Part shown: positions 12,601-27,900 of the stretch, one piece after another
Layout of the letters: each line of letters begins with the position of its first letter
Position numbering within the stretch: position 1 is the stretch's first letter
NCBI GenBank assembly: GCA_964057225.1
Contig: CAXKVF010000089.1
Span: forward strand, 1-64,000
DNA: 64,000 nucleotides
From: Auanema rhodensis
Lineage: Eukaryota > Animalia > Nematoda
Reading direction: 5' to 3'
Notes under the pieces: model-generated
Database searches by the model: none
What the model was told of the DNA's origin: nothing
Seen by the model: only the letters and a program-made list of their open reading frames with translations
Translations under genes and position numbers: made by a program

Positions 12601-15600
12601 GCGAGTTACATACCAAGTGCACATCACGTGTACATTTAATTAGCATAAATTAAAGTTCACGTAAATTTCAAAGTCATGGTTACCATGAACCAATATCAAT
12701 AAAAATTTGTTTTTAGACTAATATGGACATGGGGAATCTAATTTTGAAAACCGCATCTCTTTATCTTTCACGTGAAGCGAGTTACATACCAAGTGCACAT
12801 CACGTGTACATTTAATTAGCATAAATTAAAGTTCACGTAAATTTCAAAGTCATGGTTACCATGAACCAATATCAATAAAAATTTGTTTTTAGACTAATAT
12901 GGACATGGGGAATCTAATTTTGAAAACCGCATCTCTTTATCTTTCACGTGAAGCGAGTTACATACCAAGTGCACATCACGTGTACATTTAATTAGCATAA
13001 ATTAAAGTTCACGTAAATTTCAAAGTCATGGTTACCATGAACCAATATCAATAAAAATTTGTTTTTAGACTAATATGGACATGGGGAATCTAATTTTGAA
13101 AACAGCATCTCTTTATCTTTCACGTGAAGCGAGTTACATACCAAGTGCACATCACGTGTACATTTAATTAGCATAAATTAAAGTTCACGTAAAATTCAAA
13201 GTCATGGTTACCATGCACCAATATCAATAAAAATTTGTTTTTAGACTGAAATGGACATGGGGAATCTAATTTTGAAAACCGCATCTCTTTATCTTTCACG
13301 TGAAGCGAGTTACATACCAAGTGCACATCACGTGTACATTTAATTAGCATAAATTAAAGTTCACGTAAATTTCAAAGTCATGGTTACCATGCACCAATAT
13401 CAATAAAAATTTGTTTTTAGACTAATATGGACATGGGGAATGTAATTTTGAAAACCGCATCTCTTTATCTTTCACGTGGAGCGAGTTACATACCAAGTGC
13501 ACATCACGTGTACATTTAATTAGCATAAATTAAAGTTCACGTAAATTTCAAAGTCATGGTTACCATGCACCAATATCAATAAAAATTTGTTTTTAGACTA
13601 ATATGGACATGGGGAATCTAATTTTGAAAACCGCATCTCTTTATCTTTCACGTGAAGCGAGTTACATACCAAGTGCACATAACGTGTACATTTAATTAGC
13701 GTAAATTAAAGTTCACGTAAATTTCAAAGTCATGGTTACCATGAACCAATATCAATAAAAATTTGTTTTTAGACTAATATGGACATAGGGAATCTAATTT
13801 TGAAAACCGCATCTCTTTATCTTTCACGTGAAGCGAGTTACATACCAAGTGCACATCACGTGTACATTTAATTAGCATAAATTAAAGTTCACGTAAATTT
13901 CAAAGTCATGGTTACCATGAAGCAATATCAATAAAAATTTGTTTTTAGACTAATATGGACATGGGGAATCTAATTTTGAAAACCGCATCTCTTTATCTTT
14001 CACGTGAAGCGAGTTACATACCAAGTGCACATCACGTGTACATTTAATTAGCATAAATTAAAGTTCACGTAAATTTCAAAGTCATGGTTACCATGAACCA
14101 ATATCAATAAAAATTTGTTTTTAGACTAATATGGACATGGGGAATCTAATTTTGAAAACAGCATCTCTTTATCTTTCACGTGAAGCGAGTTACATACCAA
14201 GTGCACATCACGTGTACATTTAATTACCATAAATTAAAGTTCACGTAAAATTCAAAGTCATGGTTACCATGCACCAATATCAATAAAAATTTGTTTTTAG
14301 ACTAATATGGACATGGGGAATCTAATTTTGAAAACCGCATCTCTTTATCTTTCACGTGAAGCGAGTTACATACCAAGTGCACATCACGTGTACATTTAAT
14401 TAGCATAAATTAAAGTTCACGTAAATTTCAAAGTCATGGTTACCATGAAGCAATATCAATAAAAATTTGTTTTTAGACTAATATGGACATGGGGAATCTA
14501 ATTTTGAAAACCGCATCTCTTTATTTTTCACGTGAAGCGAGTTACATACCAAGTGCACATCACGTGTACATTTAATTAGCATAAATTAAAGTTCACGTAA
14601 ATTTCAAAGTCATGGTTACCATGAACCAATATCAATAAAAATTTGTTTTTAGACTAATATGGACATGGGGAATCTAATTGTGAAAACCGCATCTTTTTAT
14701 CTTTCACGTGAAGCGAGTTACATACCAAGTGCACATCACGTGTACATTTAATTAGCATAAATTAAAGTTCACGTAAATTTCAAAGTCATGGTTACCATGA
14801 ACCAATATCAATAAAAATTTGTTTTTAGACTAATATGGACATGGGGAATCTAATTTTGAAAACCGCATCTCTTTATCTTTCACGTGAAGCGAGTTACATA
14901 CCAAGTGCACATCACGTGTACATTTAATTAGCATAAATTAAAGTTCACGTAAATTTCAAAGTCATGGTTACCATGAAGCAATATCAATAAAAATCTGTTT
15001 TTAGACTAATATGGACATGGGGAATCTAATTTTGAAAACCGCATCTCTTTATCTTTCACGTGAAGCGAGTTACATACCAAGTGCACATCACGTGTACATT
15101 TAATTAGCATAAATTAAAGTTCACGTAAATTTCAAAGTCATGGTTACCATGCACCAATATCAATAAAAATTTGTTTTTAGACTAATATGGACATGGGGAA
15201 TCTAATTTTGAAAACCGCATCTCTTTATCTTTCACGTGAAGCGAGTTACATACCAAGTGCACATCACGTGTACATTTAATTAGCATAAATTAAAGTTCAC
15301 GTAAATTTCAAAGTCATGGTTACCATGCACCAATATCAATAAAAATTAGTTTTTAGACTAATATGGACATGGGGGATCTAATTTTGAAAACCGCATCTCT
15401 TTATCTTTCACGTGAAGCGAGTTACATACCAAGTGCACATCACGTGTACATTTAATTAGCATAAATTGAAGTTCACGTAAATTTCAAAGTCATGGTTACC
15501 ATGAACCAATATCAATAAAAATTTGTTTTTAGACTAATATGGACATGGGTAATCTAATTTTGAAAACCGCATCTCTTTATCTTTCACGTGAAGCGAGTTA

Positions 15601-18600
15601 CATACCAAGTGCACATCACGTGTACATTTAATTAGCATAAATTAAAGTTCACGTAAATTTCAAAGTCATGGTTACCATGCACCAATATCAATAAAAATTT
15701 GTTTTTAGACTAATATGGACATGGGGAATCTAATTTTGAAAACCGCATCTCTTTATCTTTCACGTGAAGCGAGTTACATACCAAGTGCACATCACGTGTA
15801 CATTTAATTAGCATAAATTAAAGTTCACGTAAATTTCAAAGTCATGGTTACCATGCACCAATATCAATAAAAATTTGTTTTTAGACTAATATGGACATGG
15901 GGAATCTAATTTTGAAAACCGCATCTCTTTATCTTTCACGTGAAGCGAGTTACATACCAAGTGCACATCACGTGTACATTTAATTAGCATAAATTAAAGT
16001 TCACGTAAATTTCAAAGTCATGGTTACCATGCACCAATATCAATAAAAATTAGTTTTTAGACTAATATGGACATGGGGGATCTAATTTTGAAAACCGCAT
16101 CTCTTTATCTTTCACGTGAAGCGAGTTACATACCAAGTGCACATCACGTGTACATTTAATTAGCATAAATTAAAGTTCACGTAAATTTCAAAGTCATGGT
16201 TACCATGAACCAATATCAATAAAAATTTGTTTTTAGACTAATATGGACATGGGTAATCTAATTTTGAAAACCGCATCTCTTTAACTTTCACGTGAAGCGA
16301 GTTACATACCAAGTGCACATCACGTGTACATTTAATTAGCATAAATTAAAGTTCACGTAAATTTCAAAGTCATGGTTACCATGCACCAATATCAATAAAA
16401 ATTTGTTTTTAGACTAATATGGACATGGGGAATCTAATTTTGAAAACCGCATCTCTTTATCTTTCACGTGAAGCGAGTTACATACCAAGTGCACATCACG
16501 TGTACATTTAATTAGCATAAATTAAAGTTCACGTAAATTTCAAAGTCATGGTTACCATGAACCAATATCAATAAAAATTTGTTTTTAGACTAATATGGAC
16601 ATGGGGAATCTAATTTTGAAAACCGCATCTCTTTATCTTTCACGTGAAGCGAGTTACATACCAAGTGCACATCACGTGTACATTTAATTAGCATAAATTA
16701 AAGTTCACGTAAATTTCAAAGTCATGGTTACCATGCACCAATATCAATAAAAATTTGTTTTTAGACTAATATGGACATGGGGAATCTAATTTTGAAAACC
16801 GCATCTCTTTATCTTTCACGTGAAGCGAGTTACATACCAAGTGCACATCACGTGTACATTTAATTAGCATAAATTAAAGTTCACGTAAATTTCAAAGTCA
16901 TGGTTACCATGAACCAATATCAATAAAAATTTGTTTTTAGACTAATATGGACATGGGAAATCTAATTTTGAAAACCGCATCTCTTTATCTTTCACGTGAA
17001 GCGAGTTACATACCAAGTGCACATCACGTGTACATTTAATTAGCATAAATTAAAGTTCACGTAAATTTCAAAGTCGTGGTTACCATGCACCAATATCAAT
17101 AAAAATTTGTTTTTAGACTAATATGGACATGGGGAATCTAATTTTGAAAACCGCATCTCTTTATCTTTCACGTGAAGCGAGTTACATACCAAGTGCACAT
17201 CACGTGTACATTTAATTAGCATAAATTAAAGTTCACGTAAATTTCAAAGTCATGGTTACCATGAACCAATATCAATAAAAATTTGTTTTTAGACTAATAT
17301 GGACATGGGGAATCTAATTTTGAAAACCGCATCTCTTTATCTTTCACGTGAAGCGAGTTACATACCAAGTGCACATCACGTGTACATTTAATTAGCATAA
17401 ATTAAAGTTCACGTAAATTTCAAAGTCATGGTTACCATGCACCAATATCAATAAAAATTTGTTTTCAGACTAATATGGACATGGGGAATCTAATTTTGAA
17501 AACCGCATCTCTTTATCTTTCACGTGAAGCGAGTTACATACCAAGTGCACATCACGTGTACATTTAATTAGCATAAATTAAAGTTCACGTAAATTTCAAA
17601 GTCATGGTTACCATGCACCAATATCAATAAAAATTTGTTTTTAGACTAATATGGACATGGGGAATCTAATTTTGAAAACCGCATCTCTTTATCTTTCACG
17701 TGAAGCGAGTTACATACCAAGTGCACATCACGTGTACATTTAATTAGCATAAATTAAAGTTCACGTAAATTTCAAAGTCATGGTTACCATGCACCAATAT
17801 CAATAAAAATTTGTTTTTAGACTAATATGGACATGGGTAATCTAATTTTGAAAACCGCATCTCTTTATCTTTCACGTGAAGCGAGTTACATACCAAGTGC
17901 ACATCACGTGTACATTTAATTAGCATAAATTAAAGTTCACGTAAATTTCAAAGTCATGGTTACCATGCACCAATATCAATAAAAATTTGTTTTTAGACTA
18001 ATATGGACATGGGGAATCTAATTTTGAAAACCGCATCTCTTTATCTTTCACGTGAAGCGAGTTACATACCAAGTGCACATCACGTGTACATTTAATCAGC
18101 ATAAATTAAAGTTCACGTAAATTTCAAAGTCATGGTTACCATGAACCAATATCAATAAAAATTTGTTTTTAGACTAATATGGACATGGGGAATCTAATTT
18201 TGAAAACCGCATCTCTTTATCTTTCACGTGAAGCGAGTTACATACCAATTGCACATCACGTGTACATTTAATTAGCATAAATTAAAGTTCACGTAAATTT
18301 CAAAGTCATGGTTACCATGAACCAATATCAATAAAAATTTGTTTTTAGACTAATATGGACATGGGGAATCTAAATTAGAAAACCGCATCTCTTTATCTTT
18401 CACGTGAAGCGAGTTACATACCAAGTGCACATCACGTGTACATTTAATTAGCATAAATTAAAGTTCACGTAAAATTCAAAGTCATGGTTACCATGCACCA
18501 ATATCAATAAAAATTTGTTTTTAGACTAATATGGACATGGGGAATCTAATTTTGAGAACCGCATCTCTTTATCTTTCACGTGAAGCGAGTTACATACCAA

Positions 18601-21600
18601 GTGCACATCACGTGTACATTTAATTAGCATAAATTAAAGTTCACGTAAATTTCAAAGTCATGGTTACCATGCACCAATATCAATAAAAATTTGTTTTTAG
18701 ACTAATATGGACATGGGGAATCTAATTTTGAAAACCGCATCTCTTTATCTTTCACGTGAAGCGAGTTACATACCAAGTGCACATCACGTGTACATTTAAT
18801 TAGCATAAATTAAAGTTCACGTAAATTTCAAAGTCATGGTTACCATGCACCAATATCAATAAAAATTTGTTTTTAGACTAATATGGACATGGGGAATCTA
18901 ATTTTGAAAACCGCATCTCTTTATCTTTCACGTGAAGCGAGTTACATACCAAGTGCACATCACGTGTACATTTAATTAGCATAAATTAAAGTTCACGTAA
19001 ATTTCAAAGTCATGGTTACCATGAACCAATATCAATAAAAATTTGTTTTTAGACTAATATGGACATGGGGAATCTAATTTTGAGAACCGCATCTCTTTAT
19101 CTTTCACGTGAAGCGAGTTACATACCAAGTGCACATCACGTGTACATTTAATTAGCATAAATTAAAGTTCACGTAAATTTCAAAGTCATGGTTACCATGC
19201 ACCAATATCAATAAAAATTTGTTTTTAGACTAATATGGACATGGGGAATCTAATTTTGAAAACCGCATCTCTTTATCTTTCACGTGAAGCGAGTTACATA
19301 CCAAGTGCACATCACGTGTACATTTAATTAGCATAAATTAAAGTTCACGTAAATTTCAAAGTCATGGTTACCATGCACCAATATCAATAAAAATTTGTTT
19401 TTAGACTAATATGGACATGGGGAATCTAATTTTGAAAACCGCATCTCTTTATCTTTCACGTGAAGCGAGTTACATACCAAGTGCACATCACGTGTACATT
19501 TAATTAGCATAAATTAAAGTTCACGTAAATTTCAAAGTCATGGTTACCATGCACCAATATCAATAAAAATTTGTTTTTAGACTAATATGGACATGGGGAA
19601 TCTAATTTTGAAAACCGCATCTCTTTATCTTTCACGTGAAGCGAGTTACATACCAAGTGCACATCACGTGTACATTTAATTAGCATAAATTAAAGTTCAC
19701 GTAAATTTCAAAGTCATGGTTACCATGCACCAATATCAATAAAAATTTGTTTTTAGACTAATATGGACATGGGGAATCTAATTTTGAAAACCGCATCTCT
19801 TTATCTTTCACGTGAAGCGAGTTACATACCAAGTGCACATCACGTGTACATTTAATTAGCATAAATTAAAGTTCACGTAAATTTCAAAGTCATGGTTACC
19901 ATGAACCAATATCAATAAAAATTTGTTTTTAGACTAATATGGACATGGGGAATCTAATTTTGAGAACCGCATCTCTTTATCTTTCACGTGAAGCGAGTTA
20001 CATACCAAGTGCACATCACGTGTACATTTAATTAGCATAAATTAAAGTTCACGTAAATTTCAAAGTCATGGTTACCATGCACCAATATCAATAAAAATTT
20101 GTTTTTAGACTAATATGGACATGGGGAATCTAATTTTGAAAACCGCATCTCTTTATCTTTCACGTGAAGCGAGTTACATACCAAGTGCACATCACGTGTA
20201 CATTTAATTAGCATAAATTAAAGTTCACGTAAATTTCAAAGTCATGGTTACCATGAAGCAATATCAATAAAAATTTGTTTTTAGACTAATATGGACATGG
20301 GGAATCTAATTTTGAAAACCGCATCTCTTTATCTTTCACGTGAAGCGAGTTACATACCAAGTGCACATCACGTGTACATTTAATTAGCATAAATTAAAGT
20401 TCACGTAAATTTCAAAGTCATGGTTACCATGCACCAATATCAATAAAAATTTGTTTTTAGACTAATATGGACATGGGGAATCTAATTTTGAAAACCGCAT
20501 CTCTTTATCTTTCACGTGAAGCGAGTTACATACCAAGTGCACATCACGTGTACATTTAATTAGCATAAATTAAAGTTCACGTAAATTTCAAAGTCATGGT
20601 TACCATGAACCAATATCAATAAAAATTTGTTTTTAGACTAATATGGACATGGGGAATCTAATTTTGAAAACCGCATCTCTTTATCTTTCACGTGAAGCGA
20701 GTTACATACCAAGTGCACATCACGTGTACATTTAATTAGCATAAATTAAAGTTCACGTAAATTTCAAAGTCATGGTTACCATGAACCAATATCAATAAAA
20801 ATTTGTTTTTAGACTAATATGGACATGGGGAATCTAATTTTGAAAACCGCATCTCTTTATCTTTCACGTGAAGCGAGTTACATACCAAGTGCACATCACG
20901 TGTACATTTAATTAGCATAAATTAAAGTTCACGTAAATTTCAAAGTCATGGTTACCATGAACCAATATCAATAAAAATTTGTTTTTAGACTAATATGGAC
21001 ATGGGGAATCTAATTTTGAAAACAGCATCTCTTTATCTTTCACGTGAAGCGAGTTACATACCAAGTGCACATCACGTGTACATTTAATTAGCATAAATTA
21101 AAGTTCACGTAAATTTCAAAGTCATGGTTACCATGCACCAATATCAATAAAAATTTGTTTTTAGACTAATATGGACATGGGGAATCTAATTTTGAAAACC
21201 GCATCTCTTTATCTTTCACGTGAAGCGAGTTACATACCAAGTGCACATCACGTGTACATTTAATTAGCATAAATTAAAGTTCACGTAAATTTCAAAGTCA
21301 TGGTTACCATGAACCAATATCAATAAAAATTTGTTTTTAGACTAATATGGACATGGGGAATCTAATTTTGAAAACCGCATCTCTTTATCTTTCACGTGAA
21401 GCGAGTTACATACCAAGTGCACATCACGTGTACATTTAATTAGCATAAATTAAAGTTCACGTAAATTTCAAAGTCATGGTTACCATGAACCAATATCAAT
21501 AAAAATTTGTTTTTAGACTAATATGGACATGGGGAATCTAATTTTGAAAACCGCATCTCTTTATCTTTCACGTGAAGCGAGTTACATACCAAGTGCACAT

Positions 21601-24600
21601 CACGTGTACATTTAATTAGCATAAATTAAAGTTCACGTAAATTTCAAAGTCATGGTTACCATGAACCAATATCAATAAAAATTTGTTTTTAGACTAATAT
21701 GGACATGGGGAATCTAATTTTGAAAACAGCATCTCTTTATCTTTCACGTGAAGCGAGTTACATACCAAGTGCACATCACGTGTACATTTAATTAGCATAA
21801 ATTAAAGTTCACGTAAAATTCAAAGTCATGGTTACCATGCACCAATATCAATAAAAATTTGTTTTTAGACTGATATGGACATGGGGAATCTAATTTTGAA
21901 AACCGCATCTCTTTATCTTTCACGTGAAGCGAGTTACATACCAAGTGCACATCACGTGTACATTTAATTAGCATAAATTAAAGTTCACGTAAATTTCAAA
22001 GTCATGGTTACCATGCACCAATATCAATAAAAATTTGTTTTTAGACTAATATGGACATGGGGAATCTAATTTTGAAAACCGCATCTCTTTATCTTTCACG
22101 TGAAGCGAGTTACATACCAAGTGCACATCACGTGTACATTTAATTAGCATAAATTAAAGTTCACGTAAATTTCAAAGTCATGGTTACCATGCACCAATAT
22201 CAATAAAAATTTGTTTTTAGACTAATATGGACATGGGGAATCTAATTTTGAAAACCGCATCTCTTTATCTTTCACGTGAAGCGAGTTACATACCAAGTGC
22301 ACATCACGTGTACATTTAATTAGCATAAATTAAAGTTCACGTAAATTTCAAAGTCATGGTTACCATGAACCAATATCAATAAAAATTTGTTTTTAGACTA
22401 ATATGGACATGGGGAATCTAATTTTGAAAACCGCATCTCTTTATCTTTCACGTGAAGCGAGTTACATACCAAGTGCACATCACGTGTACATTTAATTAGC
22501 ATAAATTAAAGTTCACGTAAATTTCAAAGTCATGGTTACCATGAACCAATATCAATAAAAATTTGTTTTTAGACTAATATGGACATGGGGAATCTAATTT
22601 TGAAAACCGCATCTCTTTATCTTTCACGTGAAGCGAGTTACATACCAAGTGCACATCACGTGTACATTTAATTAGCATAAATTAAAGTTCACGTAAATTT
22701 CAAAGTCATGGTTACCATGAACCAATATCAATAAAAATTTGTTTTTAGACTAATATGGACATGGGGAATCTAATTTTGAAAACAGCATCTCTTTATCTTT
22801 CACGTGAAGCGAGTTACATACCAAGTGCACATCACGTGTACATTTAATTAGCATAAATTAAAGTTCACGTAAAATTCAAAGTCATGGTTACCATGCACCA
22901 ATATCAATAAAAATTTGTTTTTAGACTGAAATGGACATGGGGAATCTAATTTTGAAAACCGCATCTCTTTATCTTTCACGTGAAGCGAGTTACATACCAA
23001 GTGCACATCACGTGTACATTTAATTAGCATAAATTAAAGTTCACGTAAATTTCAAAGTCATGGTTACCATGCACCAATATCAATAAAAATTTGTTTTTAG
23101 ACTAATATGGACATGGGGAATGTAATTTTGAAAACCGCATCTCTTTATCTTTCACGTGGAGCGAGTTACATACCAAGTGCACATCACGTGTACATTTAAT
23201 TAGCATAAATTAAAGTTCACGTAAATTTCAAAGTCATGGTTACCATGCACCAATATCAATAAAAATTTGTTTTTAGACTAATATGGACATGGGGAATCTA
23301 ATTTTGAAAACCGCATCTCTTTATCTTTCACGTGAAGCGAGTTACATACCAAGTGCACATAACGTGTACATTTAATTAGCGTAAATTAAAGTTCACGTAA
23401 ATTTCAAAGTCATGGTTACCATGAACCAATATCAATAAAAATTTGTTTTTAGACTAATATGGACATAGGGAATCTAATTTTGAAAACCGCATCTCTTTAT
23501 CTTTCACGTGAAGCGAGTTACATACCAAGTGCACATCACGTGTACATTTAATTAGCATAAATTAAAGTTCACGTAAATTTCAAAGTCATGGTTACCATGA
23601 AGCAATATCAATAAAAATTTGTTTTTAGACTAATATGGACATGGGGAATCTAATTTTGAAAACCGCATCTCTTTATCTTTCACGTGAAGCGAGTTACATA
23701 CCAAGTGCACATCACGTGTACATTTAATTAGCATAAATTAAAGTTCACGTAAATTTCAAAGTCATGGTTACCATGAACCAATATCAATAAAAATTTGTTT
23801 TTAGACTAATATGGACATGGGGAATCTAATTTTGAAAACAGCATCTCTTTATCTTTCACGTGAAGCGAGTTACATACCAAGTGCACATCACGTGTACATT
23901 TAATTACCATAAATTAAAGTTCACGTAAAATTCAAAGTCATGGTTACCATGCACCAATATCAATAAAAATTTGTTTTTAGACTAATATGGACATGGGGAA
24001 TCTAATTTTGAAAACCGCATCTCTTTATCTTTCACGTGAAGCGAGTTACATACCAAGTGCACATCACGTGTACATTTAATTAGCATAAATTAAAGTTCAC
24101 GTAAATTTCAAAGTCATGGTTACCATGAAGCAATATCAATAAAAATTTGTTTTTAGACTAATATGGACATGGGGAATCTAATTTTGAAAACCGCATCTCT
24201 TTATTTTTCACGTGAAGCGAGTTACATACCAAGTGCACATCACGTGTACATTTAATTAGCATAAATTAAAGTTCACGTAAATTTCAAAGTCATGGTTACC
24301 ATGAACCAATATCAATAAAAATTTGTTTTTAGACTAATATGGACATGGGGAATCTAATTGTGAAAACCGCATCTTTTTATCTTTCACGTGAAGCGAGTTA
24401 CATACCAAGTGCACATCACGTGTACATTTAATTAGCATAAATTAAAGTTCACGTAAATTTCAAAGTCATGGTTACCATGAACCAATATCAATAAAAATTT
24501 GTTTTTAGACTAATATGGACATGGGGAATCTAATTTTGAAAACCGCATCTCTTTATCTTTCACGTGAAGCGAGTTACATACCAAGTGCACATCACGTGTA

Positions 24601-24992
24601 CATTTAATTAGCATAAATTAAAGTTCACGTAAATTTCAAAGTCATGGTTACCATGAAGCAATATCAATAAAAATCTGTTTTTAGACTAATATGGACATGG
24701 GGAATCTAATTTTGAAAACCGCATCTCTTTATCTTTCACGTGAAGCGAGTTACATACCAAGTGCACATCACGTGTACATTTAATTAGCATAAATTAAAGT
24801 TCACGTAAATTTCAAAGTCATGGTTACCATGCACCAATATCAATAAAAATTTGTTTTTAGACTAATATGGACATGGGGAATCTAATTTTGAAAACCGCAT
24901 CTCTTTATCTTTCACGTGAAGCGAGTTACATACCAAGTGCACATCACGTGTACATTTAATTAGCATAAATTAAAGTTCACGTAAATTTCAAA
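3697..24992. repeat. Large tandem segmental duplication inside the array (copy 1 about 3.7-15.2 kb, copy 2 about 15.2-25.0 kb)
   Basis: An identical ordered series of rare SNP monomers (T36A+A63G, G62T+T92A, G62A, A4G, T42C, T145C, G121T, T70A+T73A, A76G) recurs at offset 11440 bp (65 monomers). The later series (A48G+T50A, C129A, G147C, C93T, T72G+C87T, T35C) recurs at offset 9680 bp (55 monomers), matching the ORF-track offsets 12112->21792 and 13168->22848. Confidence 0.93.
7393..12320. repeat. 14-monomer (2464 bp) tandem duplication: 7393-9856 and 9857-12320
   Basis: Same order of A76G, A76G, C18G, C80A+T170A and A48G monomers in both copies. ORF-track offset 9648->12112 = 2464. Confidence 0.92.
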
Positions 24993-27900
24993 GTCATGGT
25001 TACCATGCACCAATATCAATAAAAATTTGTTTTTAGACTAATATGGACATGGGGAATCTAATTTTGAAAACCGCATCTTTTTATCTTTCACGTGAAGCGA
25101 GTTACATACCAAGTGCACATCACGTGTACATTTAATTAGCATAAATTAAAGTTCACGTAAATTTCAAAGTCATGGTTACCATGAACCAATATCAATAAAA
25201 ATTTGTTTTTAGACTAATATGGACATGGGGAATCTAATTTTGAAAACCGCATCTCTTTATCTTTCACGTGAAGCGAGTTACATACCAAGTGCACATCACG
25301 TGTACATTTAATTAGCATAAATTAAAGTTCACGTAAATTTCAAAGTCATGGTTACCATGAACCAATATCAATAAAAATTTGTTTTTAGACTAATATGGAC
25401 ATGGGGAATCTAATTTTGAAAACCGCATCTCTTTATCTTTCACGTGAAGCGAGTTACATACCAAGTGCACATCACGTGTACATTTAATTAGCATAAATTA
25501 AAGTTCACGTAAATTTCAAAGTCATGGTTACCATGAAGCAATATCAATAAAAATCTGTTTTTAGACTAATATGGACATGGGGAATCTAATTTTGAAAACC
25601 GCATCTCTTTATCTTTCACGTGAAGCGAGTTACATACCAAGTGCACATCACGTGTACATTTAATTAGCATAAATTAAAGTTCACGTAAATTTCAAAGTCA
25701 TGGTTACCATGCACCAATATCAATAAAAATTTGTTTTTAGACTAATATGGACATGGGGAATCTAATTTTGAAAACCGCATCTCTTTATCTTTCACGTGAA
25801 GCGAGTTACATACCAAGTGCACATCACGTGTACATTTAATTAGCATAAATTAAAGTTCACGTAAATTTCAAAGTCATGGTTACCATGCACCAATATCAAT
25901 AAAAATTTGTTTTTAGACTAATATGGACATGGGGAATCTAATTTTGAAAACCGCATCTCTTTATCTTTCACGTGAAGCGAGTTACATACCAAGTGCACAT
26001 CACGTGTACATTTAATTAGCATAAATTAAAGTTCACGTTAATTTCAAAGTCATGGTTACCATGAACCAATATCAATAAAAATTTGTTTTTAGACTAATAT
26101 GGACATGGGGAATCTAATTTTGAAAACCGCATCTCTTTATCTTTCACGTGAAGCGAGTTACATACCAAGTGCACATCACGTGTACATTTAATTAGCATAA
26201 ATTAAAGTTCACGTAAATTTCAAAGTCATGGTTACCATGAACCAATATCAATAAAAATTTGTTTTTAGACTAATATGGACATGGGGAATCTAATTTTGAA
26301 AACCGCATCTCTTTATCTTTCACGTGAAGCGAGTTACATACCAAGTGCACATCACGTGTACATTTAATTAGCATAAATTAAAGTTCACGTAAATTTCAAA
26401 GTCATGGTTACCATGAACCAATATCAATAAAAATTTGTTTTTAGACTAATATGGACATGGGGAATCTAATTTTGAAAACCGCATCTCTTTATCTTTCACG
26501 TGAAGCGAGTTACATACCAAGTGCACATCACGTGTACATTTAATTAGCATAAATTAAAGTTCACGTAAATTTCAAAGTCATGGTTACCATGAACCAATAT
26601 CAATAAAAATTTGTTTTTAGACTAATATGGACATGGGGAATCTAATTTTGAAAACAGCATCTCTTTATCTTTCACGTGAAGCGAGTTACATACCAAGTGC
26701 ACATCACGTGTACATTTAATTAGCATAAATTAAAGTTCACGTAAAATTCAAAGTCATGGTTACCATGCACCAATATCAATAAAAATTTGTTTTTAGACTA
26801 ATATGGACATGGGGAATCTAATTTTGAAAACCGCATCTCTTTATCTTTCACGTGAAGCGAGTTACATACCAAGTGCACATCACGTGTACATTTAATTAGC
26901 ATAAATTAAAGTTCACGTAAATTTCAAAGTCATGGTTACCATGAACCAATATCAATAAAAATTTGTTTTTAGACTAATATGGACATGGGGAATCTAATTT
27001 TGAAAACCGCATCTCTTTATCTTTCACGTGAAGCGAGTTACATACCAAGTGCACATCACGTGTACATTTAATTAGCATAAATTAAAGTTCACGTAAATTT
27101 CAAAGTCATGGTTACCATGAACCAATATCAATAAAAATTTGTTTTTAGACTAATATGGACATGGGGAATCTAATTTTGAAAACCGCATCTCTTTATCTTT
27201 CACGTGAAGCGAGTTACATACCAAGTGCACATCACGTGTACATTTAATTAGCATAAATTAAAGTTCACGTAAATTTCAAAGTCATGGTTACCATGAACCA
27301 ATATCAATAAAAATTTGTTTTTAGACTAATATGGACATGGGGAATCTAATTTTGAAAACCGCATCTCTTTATCTTTCACGTGAAGCGAGTTACATACCAA
27401 GTGCACATCACGTGTACATTTAATTAGCATAAATTAAAGTTCACGTAAATTTCAAAGTCATGGTTACCATGAACCAATATCAATAAAAATTTGTTTTTAG
27501 ACTAATATGGACATGGGGAATCTAATTTTGAAAACAGCATCTCTTTATCTTTCACGTGAAGCGAGTTACATACCAAGTGCACATCACGTGTACATTTAAT
27601 TAGCATAAATTAAAGTTCACGTAAAATTCAAAGTCATGGTTACCATGCACCAATATCAATAAAAATTTGTTTTTAGACTGATATGGACATGGGGAATCTA
27701 ATTTTGAAAACCGCATCTCTTTATCTTTCACGTGAAGCGAGTTACATACCAAGTGCACATCACGTGTACATTTAATTAGCATAAATTAAAGTTCACGTAA
27801 ATTTCAAAGTCATGGTTACCATGCACCAATATCAATAAAAATTTGTTTTTAGACTAATATGGACATGGGGAATGTAATTTTGAAAACCGCATCTCTTTAT

